A DNA stretch of 64,000 nucleotides. Origin: Candidatus Poribacteria bacterium (GTDB lineage: Bacteria; Poribacteria; WGA-4E; WGA-3G). Shown here in pieces: positions 9,142 through 17,958 of the stretch; position 1 is the stretch's first letter; each line of letters begins with the position of its first letter. The notes beneath the pieces are model-generated. The model made no database searches and was not told the DNA's origin. It was given only the letters and a program-made list of their open reading frames with translations. The stretch is taken from the NCBI GenBank assembly GCA_963665235.2, contig CAXXLX010000001.1, forward strand, positions 4,064,001-4,128,000, read 5' to 3'. The position numbers were made by a program, and so were the translations under genes.

Positions 9142-10926
9142 TTAGCCGGGGATTTGTTCGGGACGCGCTTCGGGAATATCTATTGGTACGCACCTGTCGC
9201 ATATCCCGCATCGGTAATCTTCTGGTACATCCTCACTGAAATAGTCCCGAATAACTTTCATTCTGCATTCGTTAGCAACCGCGTAGTAGACCATTTTGTC
9301 TATTCTGCGGCGTTTGTATTGGACATAATCGCTGAGGCCCATCTGTTCTTCAGAGAGCGAGGCGAAGAGTTCACTGTCTTGAAGGAGCTCTATAAGCATC
9401 AGGTCATCCTGTCCTCGGTATTGAAGGTGTCCCTCGTTTTGAAATTCAGCGAGTTGTTCCATTAATTCCTTCGGGTTCAGTTCAAGGGTTTGGCAAAAGC
9501 TTAGAATATCAGTCACATTTTTTTCCCGCAGTTGTGCAAGGAGGTCCGGTTGTGTTGATGTTTCTGTTGTGGGCACTGTTCGTAATCGGACGGAGAGCTG
9601 AGAAGGGACGTTATACCACCGTTTCAGAAAACCGAGTTTTTCGAGATAGCTAAGCCCTACCTGAATTTTGGCTTCCTTAAAACCGATTTGCCAATGCAAT
9701 TCATCCATCGCCATCATTCGGTATTCGCCTGTCCCTTTAAAGTTTTCAAGCCCTTTTAAAAGCTTGAGGAGTGAAGCCTTATCGGGTGCGCTCTCTTTAA
9801 TGAACCATTCATGTAATTCTCTATCCTCTTGGAGATAGAATAGAATACATTGGGCCCGCAATCCGTCTCTGCCTGCTCGGCCGATTTCTTGACAGTATTC
9901 CTCCAGAGTGCCGGTCATCGTCCAATGAATGATATACCGAATATTGGGTTTATCTATGCCCATCCCAAATGCATTTGTAGCGACGACAATGTCTAACCCA
10001 CCTCCTTGGTCGTCAAAAAAAGCTTCCTGAATCTGCTTGCGTTCGTGCGGTTCACGGCCGGCGTGATAAAAATCGGCTCGAAACCCTCGCTGCCGCAGAT
10101 AATGAGCGACCTCCTCTGTTTCACGGCGGCGGCCTGCATAGATAATGCCGTTTCCCTCAAGCTCGCTTAGGTTGTCCGTAAGCAGGGTATATTTCTGGTC
10201 TTCATCTTCGCTATTGTGAACGACTAGCTGTAGATTGTGCCGTTCAATGCCCTGTACTAGGACTCGCGGTTCAGTGAGATTTAGGAGGTTCAGGATATCT
10301 TTTCGGATATCTGGCGGTGCAGTGGCTGTGAAAAGTGCAATGACCCGCGGATAGAGCGTGTCGATGGCATCACAGAGTGAAAGATACGCGGGTCGAAAAT
10401 CGCGTCCCCATTGCGAAATACAGTGTGCTTCATCTATGACAAATAGAGAGATAGAAGCGGAATTGAGCGTATCTAAAAACCGGCGACTCCGTAAACGTTC
10501 CGGTGAAATGTAGAGCAGTTTAGTCTCACCTCGCTTTAATCGCGTAAGCTCAAAGCGGTATTGTTCCCAGGTTTGCGCGCTGTTTATCAGCGAGACCGTG
10601 TCTATCCCACGTGTTTTTAGCGCGTCGACCTGGTCTTTCATCAGTGAGATGAGCGGCGATACGACAACGGTTATCCCCGGAAGCATCAAGGCTGGCAGCT
10701 GATAACATAAAGATTTTCCATGTCCGGTCGGAAAGACAGCGAAAACGTTCTCACCTCCGAGGATTGCTTCAATAATTTCGCGTTGCCCATGTCGGAAGGT
10801 GTTATAACCAAAGTGCTGGTGGAGCGCGTCTAGGAGTTCATCTTTTTGGCCTATAACGACTTGAGGTGCATCCGATGGATTCAGTAAACCGTCAACCTCT
10901 TCTAGCAAATCCTGCAAATTCTGCAT
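9142..10926 (-). CDS. recQ: RecQ-family ATP-dependent DNA helicase (no HRDC domain seen)
   Basis: PTGHGKSLCYQLP, IDEAHCISQWGRDFRP, VATNAFGMGIDKPNIR, QEIGRAGRDG, C-terminal CR...CGICDRC zinc site. Confidence 0.92.
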   Translation of the reverse strand: MQNLQDLLEEVDGLLNPSDAPQVVIGQKDELLDALHQHFGYNTFRHGQREIIEAILGGENVFAVFPTGHGKSLCYQLPALMLPGITVVVSPLISLMKDQVDALKTRGIDTVSLINSAQTWEQYRFELTRLKRGETKLLYISPERLRSRRFLDTLNSASISLFVIDEAHCISQWGRDFRPAYLSLCDAIDTLYPRVIALFTATAPPDIRKDILNLLNLTEPRVLVQGIERHNLQLVVHNSEDEDQKYTLLTDNLSELEGNGIIYAGRRRETEEVAHYLRQRGFRADFYHAGREPHERKQIQEAFFDDQGGGLDIVVATNAFGMGIDKPNIRYIIHWTMTGTLEEYCQEIGRAGRDGLRAQCILFYLQEDRELHEWFIKESAPDKASLLKLLKGLENFKGTGEYRMMAMDELHWQIGFKEAKIQVGLSYLEKLGFLKRWYNVPSQLSVRLRTVPTTETSTQPDLLAQLREKNVTDILSFCQTLELNPKELMEQLAEFQNEGHLQYRGQDDLMLIELLQDSELFASLSEEQMGLSDYVQYKRRRIDKMVYYAVANECRMKVIRDYFSEDVPEDYRCGICDRCVPIDIPEARPEQIPG

Positions 10927-10976
10927 AAGTTTTCAACGTTTTTAAAGGGCCGGTGTATAGCATATTCCTACGACTT

Positions 10977-11675
10977 TTAGGAGAAAAAACGAAATCGGAG
11001 GATGTGGAAGATTGCTGCAACGCCATCTTTCCAACTTACGGTTTTTCCTTCGTCGTAGTCTCTGCCTCGATAACTGATTGGCACATCAACGATGCGGCAC
11101 TTTCGTTTGGCGAGTTTTGCGGTAATTTCGGGTTCAAATCCGAACCGGTCAGAGCGCAGGGAGATGCCCTTCAAAATGTCGGTTTTCATGACTTTGTAGC
11201 AGGTCTCCATGTCGGTTAGCTTTGTGCCGTTGACAAGGTTTGAGAGTGACGTTAGGAATCGGTTTGCGATATAACTGCGCAATAATCCTTCTTGCCGTCC
11301 CGCCATAAATCGTGACCCGTAGACGACATCGGCTTCATCTGATAGGATAGGTGCCAGCAGTTTAGGGTAATCCTGCGGGTCATATTCTAAATCGGCATCT
11401 TGGATGAGCGTAATATCGCCGGTAACATGCTCGAAGCCGGCTCGCAAGGTCGCGCCTTTGCCGCGATTTACTGTGTTATAGAAAATTTTGGCGATGTTGT
11501 CCGCTGAACGTTGGCGTTTCTCTAGAATTTCACGCGTCCCATCTGTTGAACAATCATCGACAAGGATTAACTCTTTTTCCATGCCGACATCAACTGCTTC
11601 AACCTGCCGTAGGATTTCTTCTAGATGCTCAGCCTCATTGTAAATCGGAATCACAATGGATAGTTTGTGCGCCAT
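10977..11675 (-). CDS. Glycosyltransferase family 2 (DPM-synthase-like)
   Basis: LSIVIPIYNE, VDDCSTDGT, NRGKGA, QDADLEYDP, DVVYGSRF, TDMETCYK. Confidence 0.92.
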   Translation of the reverse strand: MAHKLSIVIPIYNEAEHLEEILRQVEAVDVGMEKELILVDDCSTDGTREILEKRQRSADNIAKIFYNTVNRGKGATLRAGFEHVTGDITLIQDADLEYDPQDYPKLLAPILSDEADVVYGSRFMAGRQEGLLRSYIANRFLTSLSNLVNGTKLTDMETCYKVMKTDILKGISLRSDRFGFEPEITAKLAKRKCRIVDVPISYRGRDYDEGKTVSWKDGVAAIFHILRFRFFS

Positions 11676-11854
11676 CCGGATTCCTCCAATTTTTGGGTGT
11701 AAGGATTTCGGTCCACATTTCTCTAGGAAGCAAACTGTGTGCTCTCATCGTCAGGAGGATAAAAGTCCTCTAATATAAGGATACCTTATTGTGGATTTTA
11801 ATGCAAGTTAAAAAATGAAACAAAATGGGTGTGTACAGTTTTTGAACTATGATA

Positions 11855-11998
11855 GATGGAAGGATGGAAGGATGGAAGGATGGAAGGATGGAAGGATGGA
11901 AGGATGGAAGGATGGAAGGATGGAAGGATGGAAGGATGGAAGGATGGAAGGATGGAAGGATGGAAGGATGGAAGGATGGAAGGATGGAAGGATGGAAG
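11855..11998. repeat. Octamer microsatellite (GATGGAAG)x18
   Basis: Perfect 8-bp tandem repeat; degenerate relatives near 3703 and 14725. Confidence 0.95.
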
Positions 11999-12122
11999 AG
12001 GGGATGTTGCGTTTTTTGTCTGAATGCACGTCGCATTTGGGCGAATACGCCGCAAATCGCGGATTACACAGAGGACGCGGAAAACGCGGAGTTTAAGAGG
12101 TGTCTGCCTATATTGAAAGGTA

Positions 12123-12146
12123 TCGCGTGCACAGCACGCTCCTACA
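12123..12146. repeat. Single GTAG-type REP palindrome, same unit as the 42062 array
   Basis: TCGCGTGCACAGCACGCTCCTAC. Confidence 0.75.
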
Positions 12147-12257
12147 TAACCCGTTAAGTACAAAAATTTTACGCGTAATGAAACGAAAATAGTTTTGATT
12201 TTCTTAGCTGTTTTTGATATACTTATAGCAAGAAATAGAGGAGGGTTACGTAAAACG

Positions 12258-13664
12258 ATGAGAACGCACACATTACAACTCACTGATGAAGAGATGCGGG
12301 ATTTTATCATAAATGGGTATGTTAAGGTGAAAACCGATTTTCCGCCGAGTTTTCATGAAAATATCTATGAACAGTTGGACGCAATGTTTGAACACACGGG
12401 CAACTTGGGCAACAATGTGCTACCGCTTATTCCTGAAATTCAGGAGGTTTTTGACCATCCGGTGGTCCACGGTGCCATGCAAGGTGTGCTCGGTTCAAAT
12501 TATGTGATGCATCCGCATCGCTACTGCCATTACAATCCCCAAGGGAGTGGCGGTCAAGGTTTCCATAAGGATACGTATGAAGGTGATGAACAAATTCGGA
12601 GGCACCGATGCCGCTGGACTATGGGATTCTATTATCCGCAGGATGTCACAGAGGACATGGGCCCTACTGCTGTGCTCCCCGGTTCGCAATATTATGAGAC
12701 TGGGGAAAGCGCGCATGAACAGCCCGAACTGTCACTCTGTGGTGAAGCGGGCACGGTGACGATTGTCCATTACGATTTGTGGCACCGCGCTACGCCGAAT
12801 CGTAGTGATAAGAAACGGTATATGTTAAAGTTCCTATTCCTACGGCTTGACGAACCCCAAACGCCTTTATGGCAAAGCAGGACCGATGACTGGGATGCGG
12901 TTGGCGATATGGATGAATCTCAACACCCCGACTTATGGGAATCCCAGTGGGATTGGTACTGCGGAAAACAGGACGGGACAACTAACGGTGTATCGCAAAC
13001 TGAAATGGATACGTTGCTTGACAGTTTGCAAGATGCGGATGAAAAAATAAGGTTGAACGCGGCTTATCGCTTAGGGAGGGTCGGCGCAGCTGCTGTGCCT
13101 ACGTTGAAACAGGCGTTGTATGGCAGTTCCGAATCTATCCGCAACTATGCCGGGTATGCCTTGAGCCTCACTGGCACGCCTGCTGTGCCAACTCTCATTG
13201 ACGCGTTGCAAGACACGGATGATTCGGTCCGCGCAAGTGCGGCCTATTCGCTGGCAGACATGGGAAAGGTTGCACAAGAGGCTATCCCTGCGCTAACGCT
13301 TGCAGCAAAAGATGGCTCCGAATGGGTTCGACGGCACGCAGTTGAAGGGTTGGGACTTATCGGACAACAGGTCGATGAAGAAACCGACTTGGACGAGACT
13401 GTACAGGTGTTGACAGACGCGCTTCGCGACGAGTACCATTGGGTCCGGGATAATGCCGCACGTTCATTGGCTAAACTTGGTCCCCTTGCTGAACCTGCGA
13501 TGCCAGTCCTCGTCCCGCTGTTGGAGGATGAGAATAGGTACGTCCGTTTCCACGCGGCGTTGGCGTTGAAACAGATTGAGACGCGAGAGGCACAGGATGT
13601 GCTTTTTGAGCATCTATTGGCTACAAGGTGGTGTTCATTGACAACGCGGGGAACACCTTATTAG
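12258..13664 (+). CDS. Phytanoyl-CoA dioxygenase (PhyH) family domain fused to HEAT repeats
   Basis: [38 protein letters not shown]; C-terminal VR..AA..L repeats. Confidence 0.85.
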   Translation: MRTHTLQLTDEEMRDFIINGYVKVKTDFPPSFHENIYEQLDAMFEHTGNLGNNVLPLIPEIQEVFDHPVVHGAMQGVLGSNYVMHPHRYCHYNPQGSGGQGFHKDTYEGDEQIRRHRCRWTMGFYYPQDVTEDMGPTAVLPGSQYYETGESAHEQPELSLCGEAGTVTIVHYDLWHRATPNRSDKKRYMLKFLFLRLDEPQTPLWQSRTDDWDAVGDMDESQHPDLWESQWDWYCGKQDGTTNGVSQTEMDTLLDSLQDADEKIRLNAAYRLGRVGAAAVPTLKQALYGSSESIRNYAGYALSLTGTPAVPTLIDALQDTDDSVRASAAYSLADMGKVAQEAIPALTLAAKDGSEWVRRHAVEGLGLIGQQVDEETDLDETVQVLTDALRDEYHWVRDNAARSLAKLGPLAEPAMPVLVPLLEDENRYVRFHAALALKQIETREAQDVLFEHLLATRWCSLTTRGTPY

Positions 13665-13667
13665 GAA

Positions 13668-13729
13668 ATGGACAACGTTGGAAGCACGGTAATTGCAAGA
13701 TGCCGCGCTTCCAACGTATCTATGTCCAT
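13668..13729. terminator. Inverted repeat between convergent genes (possible bidirectional terminator)
   Basis: ACGTTGGAAGCACGG...CCGCGCTTCCAACGT stem with outer ATGGACA/TGTCCAT arms. Confidence 0.45.
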
Positions 13730-13737
13730 CTAACTTA

Positions 13738-13909
13738 TACCATTTTTATTAATTATTCTATCATTACCGGTTGTTAGAAATGAAACGGAGAACGGAAGAC
13801 CCAAACTGGAAGTTTATGCTACAAGAACACAAACTGGAAGTTTATGCTACAAGAACACAAACTAAAAGTTTATGCTACAAGAAAGAGACATTTTCAATTA
13901 GAAATGGTA
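13738..13909. mobile_element. Second copy of the TACCATTT...AAATGGTA MITE with three REP units
   Basis: Near-identical to 3983-4226; flanked on both sides by TAACTTA. Confidence 0.75.
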
Positions 13910-13913
13910 TAAC

Positions 13914-14558
13914 TTAGTTCGCATTCCCATTAGTTTGGCCGGATTGCAGTTCCTCAAGACGTTCTCTTCCCAATTCTAAGAGAATCTCTGTTACGAAGAC
14001 ACTATCATGTTCAGCCTTGGCGTGACAGCCGTGGCATCCCATGCTTCCTCTTTCGGTTCCATCGCCGGCTTTTGGGACGAATTTATCCGTTTCCGAATCC
14101 CGTTGATATTGGACATACACCCACCCATTGTGGTCAGCGTACATTACATCGTCGGTTTTCTTCATTATAGCAACACGCCAGACGAATGTGTTCGTGTCAT
14201 CCATAATTTCCTTGACAAGTGTGAGCCCTATTGGATACTCAACGGGGATTCCTGCATCTATTGCTGCGGGAACGGAATAGAAGAACTGATGGTCAAGGTT
14301 GCCTATATAGACGGTTCGGGTACCTAGGCCGTGCGCGCTCCCGCTCTCTTCTGGTTCAGTGAATGTAGCAGGGGGTGCGTCAAGCGGCTGGGCATATTTC
14401 CATGACTTATACGTTGCTAAGACTTCGTCCAATATATGTGTGTCCATCATCTCATCGTCGGACGTGGGTGGTGTCATCGCTTTTTGCATTCGCTGACAAG
14501 ATGTAAAGGTAACACAGGCGATTAGTACCACAATCAAGCTAATCTGGAATTTTAGCAT
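13914..14558 (-). CDS. Cytochrome P460-family lipoprotein
   Basis: Lipobox FTSC; YPIGLTLVKE, M-K-K, GWVY, C-terminal CHGCH...DSVF. Confidence 0.75.
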   Translation of the reverse strand: MLKFQISLIVVLIACVTFTSCQRMQKAMTPPTSDDEMMDTHILDEVLATYKSWKYAQPLDAPPATFTEPEESGSAHGLGTRTVYIGNLDHQFFYSVPAAIDAGIPVEYPIGLTLVKEIMDDTNTFVWRVAIMKKTDDVMYADHNGWVYVQYQRDSETDKFVPKAGDGTERGSMGCHGCHAKAEHDSVFVTEILLELGRERLEELQSGQTNGNAN

Positions 14559-15076
14559 AAGTACTACTCCTTTAGAGTTTTGACATACTCTCCCTGATAG
14601 AGCGTGGGAGATTCTGTAGTAGAAATTCTAATCTCTAATAATAGGCATAGCATACCACAGTTTAAAGAAAAAGTCAAATTAATTTTTCATCAAGGGTGCG
14701 TAAAGTTTTTGTCATAATGATAGAGGGAAGGATGGAAGGGTGGAAGAATGGAAGAATGGAAGGGTAAATTTCGCGTGTGTTGTCTGAATGCACGTTGCAT
14801 TTGGGCGTGCACGCCGCAAATCGCGGATTAGCGCGGAGGACGCGGATTGCGCGGATTTTAATTCTATAAACATATCGCCCCGCTGGGGCTAGTTTTTGTT
14901 TTGTTTGTGTTTTCCATAAAGATACCGCCCCGCTGGGGCTGCGCTTTCGCACATCGGAGGCTATTTTTCTCCCATTTGTCCTTGTGTGGGAAACTTGGTG
15001 AAAAATCAACAATGCTTTGAAATCGGGCAGCAGCCTCACTGATAGTATCCAAAATATAGTACACAATATAGGAGCA

Positions 15077-17800
15077 TCACGGATTTATCTCCCAGAGCAG
15101 CACAGAGCCATCAGAGCCGCCACTTGCAAGGATTTTTCCATCCGGACTGAACGCGATGCTATTGACTGAAGATGTATGTCCAGCGAGTGTTTTCTTGTAT
15201 TCGCCTGTGTGTGCATCCCATAAGTTGAGCGTGGTGTCAAAAGATGCACTTGCAAGGGTTTTCCCATCCGGACTGAACGCTATACTGTACACCCAATCTG
15301 TATGTCCTATAAGCTTCGTCTTAGTTTTTCCTGTCTCTATATCCCACAAGAAAATGATACGTTCTGTCCCACCACTTGCAAGGGTTTTGCCATCAGGACT
15401 GAACGCGAGACTTCTAATCCACTCTGTCTGTCCGGTAAGTGTCATTTTGTTCTCACCCGTGTCAACGTCCCAGAGACGTATCGTATTGTCTTGATTGCCA
15501 CTTGCGAGGGTTTTGCCATCAGGACTGAATGTGACGCTTTCGGCCTCAGATTTATGTCCTGTGAGCGTTTTTTTGTGTTCGCCTGTGTGTGCATCATAGA
15601 GGCGGATGGTATTATCCCAACTTCCACTTGCAAGTATATTTCCATCGGGACTGAGGACTACTGTATCAACAACATCCGTATGTCCGGTGAGTGTTTTTTT
15701 GTGTTCACCTGTATGCGTATCCCAGAAGCGGATGCCTTCATCACTGCCACAAATAAGGGTTTTTCCATCAGGACTAAACACCAGACTGCGTGCCATATCC
15801 TTAAACCCATCTTTAGACCCATTGAGGGTTTTTATATGTTGCCTTGTGTCTACATCCCAAAAACGAATAATCCCATTGTAAGATCCACTTGCGATAAAAT
15901 CCCCGGTGGGGTTGAACGCCACACTCAAGACACCTTCAGAATGCCCAATGAACATATTTCTTGCTTTGCCTGTGCGTGCATCATAGAAGCGGATAGTGCC
16001 ATCGCCACTTCCACTCGCCAATGTTTTTCCATCAGGACTGAACGCTAAGTGTCGAACATATCGTGTATGCTCAGTGAGGGTTAGTCTATGTTCGCCAGTG
16101 TGTGCATCATAGAGGCGGATTGTTTCATCATAAAGTGCTGAGGTAGCGAGTGTTTTTCCATCCGGGCTAAACGCTAAGTTGTCAACATGCTCCCCATGTC
16201 CGGTGAGTGTCATCTTGAGTTCGCCTGTCTCTAAGTGGTGGAGGTAGACAATGCCATTTTTATCACCACCGATAGCGACCGTTTTTCCATCCGGACTGAA
16301 GGCTGCGCCTACAGTGGAGCAATCAGGGTGTAGAGCGAATGTTTTCTGGTGTTCACCTGTGATTGAATCCCATAGACTGATTTTGTCTTCCAAACTCACA
16401 CTTACAAGTGTCTGTCCATCTGGCGTGAATGATAACATGGTGGCACGCCAGGAATCTTTCGTGAGCGTATACTTCACCTCTCCGGTGATTGCGTCCCATA
16501 ATCGGATAGTGCCGTCTCGACTATCACTTGCGATTGTTTTTCCATCCGGACTGAATACCACACACCAGATAATATCTGTATGTCCGGTAAGTGTCGTTAG
16601 CGCACCCGTGCGCCTATCCCACAACGTAATGGGACCGTACACACTCCCGCTTGCAATGGTGTGTCCATCCGGACCGAATGCAAAGGAATCAACTTCACTC
16701 ATATCCTCTGTGAGCAGTGCAACCTCTTGATGTGTGGTCGTATCATAGAGCCAAATTCCGATTCCGCCCGCAACAGCGAGAAACTTTCCATCCGGTGAAT
16801 ACTGTATTTCAGTTATTTTCCCTTTGCCGAGCCGGGCTTTGGCATCTTCAGGTAAGTTCCATTGCATGGCATCTTGTGTTAGGTTGTTTTTCACTGTTTT
16901 TGCTCCTTTTGTTAGACCGTTGTTACTGTTTTCGCTTCGATTCGTATCGCCCCCAGCCCGGTTTTGCAATTCCGGTTTTAATTGAATATTAAGAACGACC
17001 GGTGCATCAACGATTTCAATAGTAGGTTCTGATTTTGCATCAACACTATATGGTTTCTGAAAATTAGCGGTGAATTGTTTGCTTGCACCCATCAACAAAA
17101 TAATCAAAATAGTAGATGCCCCTAAAGCTGCAAACGGGAGTAGCGGTTTGCTTCCTGATGGAGACAGTTGCTTTGTTGTGTCAATGCGCCGCATGATGTT
17201 TTCCGTTAAATCGGGTCGCAATGGAACACTGCCGAGGGTTTCCCGAATTATGTGTTCTTCACTTCTTAGCCGTTCTCGTGCGCGTTTAAGTCGGCTTTTA
17301 ACCGTGTTCGGAGATACCCCCAAAAACTTGCTAATCTCTTCACAACTCATTTCACCGAGATAGTGAAGGACCATCACTGTGCGTTCGCTCTCTGGTAGTT
17401 TTTCCATGAGCTTTTGCACAATTCGGCGGCGGTGTTCAACGGCTGCTTCCTCACGCTGTTCGCAGATATAGTCCGCATAAGCCGTTTTTTCGAGTGTTTC
17501 TTCATTGGTGGCTTCAAGCGATTGTGTTTGTAGTCTCTTTTTTCTGAACTCTGCTTTGCAACGTCTATCTGCGATTACGTAAAGCCATCCAGCAAATTGG
17601 TTCGGATTTTTTAACGTGGCAAGTTTTTTATGTGCCTGCAAAAAAGTGTCTTGCGTAATTTCTTCAGCAATATGAAAATCGCCTATTTTTCGCCAGGCAA
17701 GGGCGTGAACACTCTTTTGGTATTTTTTAACTAAATCGCTGAAAGCAGACTCGTCCCCTGATAATGTCCTCTGAATCAGTTCAACGTCATCTTTTTCCAT
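15077..17800 (-). CDS. ECF sigma factor - transmembrane helix - WD40 propeller fusion (copy 1, intact)
   Basis: sigma2 DFHIAEEITQDTFL...FAGWLY; sigma4 LPESERTVMVLHYL...TVKSRL; TM AALGASTILIILLMG; about 14 WD40 repeats (FSPDG...LWD). Confidence 0.92.
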   Translation of the reverse strand: MEKDDVELIQRTLSGDESAFSDLVKKYQKSVHALAWRKIGDFHIAEEITQDTFLQAHKKLATLKNPNQFAGWLYVIADRRCKAEFRKKRLQTQSLEATNEETLEKTAYADYICEQREEAAVEHRRRIVQKLMEKLPESERTVMVLHYLGEMSCEEISKFLGVSPNTVKSRLKRARERLRSEEHIIRETLGSVPLRPDLTENIMRRIDTTKQLSPSGSKPLLPFAALGASTILIILLMGASKQFTANFQKPYSVDAKSEPTIEIVDAPVVLNIQLKPELQNRAGGDTNRSENSNNGLTKGAKTVKNNLTQDAMQWNLPEDAKARLGKGKITEIQYSPDGKFLAVAGGIGIWLYDTTTHQEVALLTEDMSEVDSFAFGPDGHTIASGSVYGPITLWDRRTGALTTLTGHTDIIWCVVFSPDGKTIASDSRDGTIRLWDAITGEVKYTLTKDSWRATMLSFTPDGQTLVSVSLEDKISLWDSITGEHQKTFALHPDCSTVGAAFSPDGKTVAIGGDKNGIVYLHHLETGELKMTLTGHGEHVDNLAFSPDGKTLATSALYDETIRLYDAHTGEHRLTLTEHTRYVRHLAFSPDGKTLASGSGDGTIRFYDARTGKARNMFIGHSEGVLSVAFNPTGDFIASGSYNGIIRFWDVDTRQHIKTLNGSKDGFKDMARSLVFSPDGKTLICGSDEGIRFWDTHTGEHKKTLTGHTDVVDTVVLSPDGNILASGSWDNTIRLYDAHTGEHKKTLTGHKSEAESVTFSPDGKTLASGNQDNTIRLWDVDTGENKMTLTGQTEWIRSLAFSPDGKTLASGGTERIIFLWDIETGKTKTKLIGHTDWVYSIAFSPDGKTLASASFDTTLNLWDAHTGEYKKTLAGHTSSVNSIAFSPDGKILASGGSDGSVLLWEINP

Positions 17801-17826
17801 CAGAAACCTCCCGTAATCAATTTATA

Positions 17827-17856
17827 GTGACGCGATTTTAGGGTGGACAGGTTGCA
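17827..17856 (-). promoter_or_regulatory. Putative ECF autoregulatory promoter
   Basis: TGCAACC-N17-CGTCAC, conserved upstream of all four ECF-WD40 loci. Confidence 0.7.
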
Positions 17857-17958
17857 TAAATGTCATAATTCAAACAAAACCTGCCTTTTCTGTGTGTGGA
17901 CCAAAACACAAACAATGAATTGTGCTACTACCAACGCAGGTATGATGAATTGGGAACA

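Noticed and set aside
11770-12310. ORFs with SFHPSILP / MEGWKDGR repeats
   Set aside because: Translations of the GATGGAAG microsatellite, open in several frames, with no RBS or domain.
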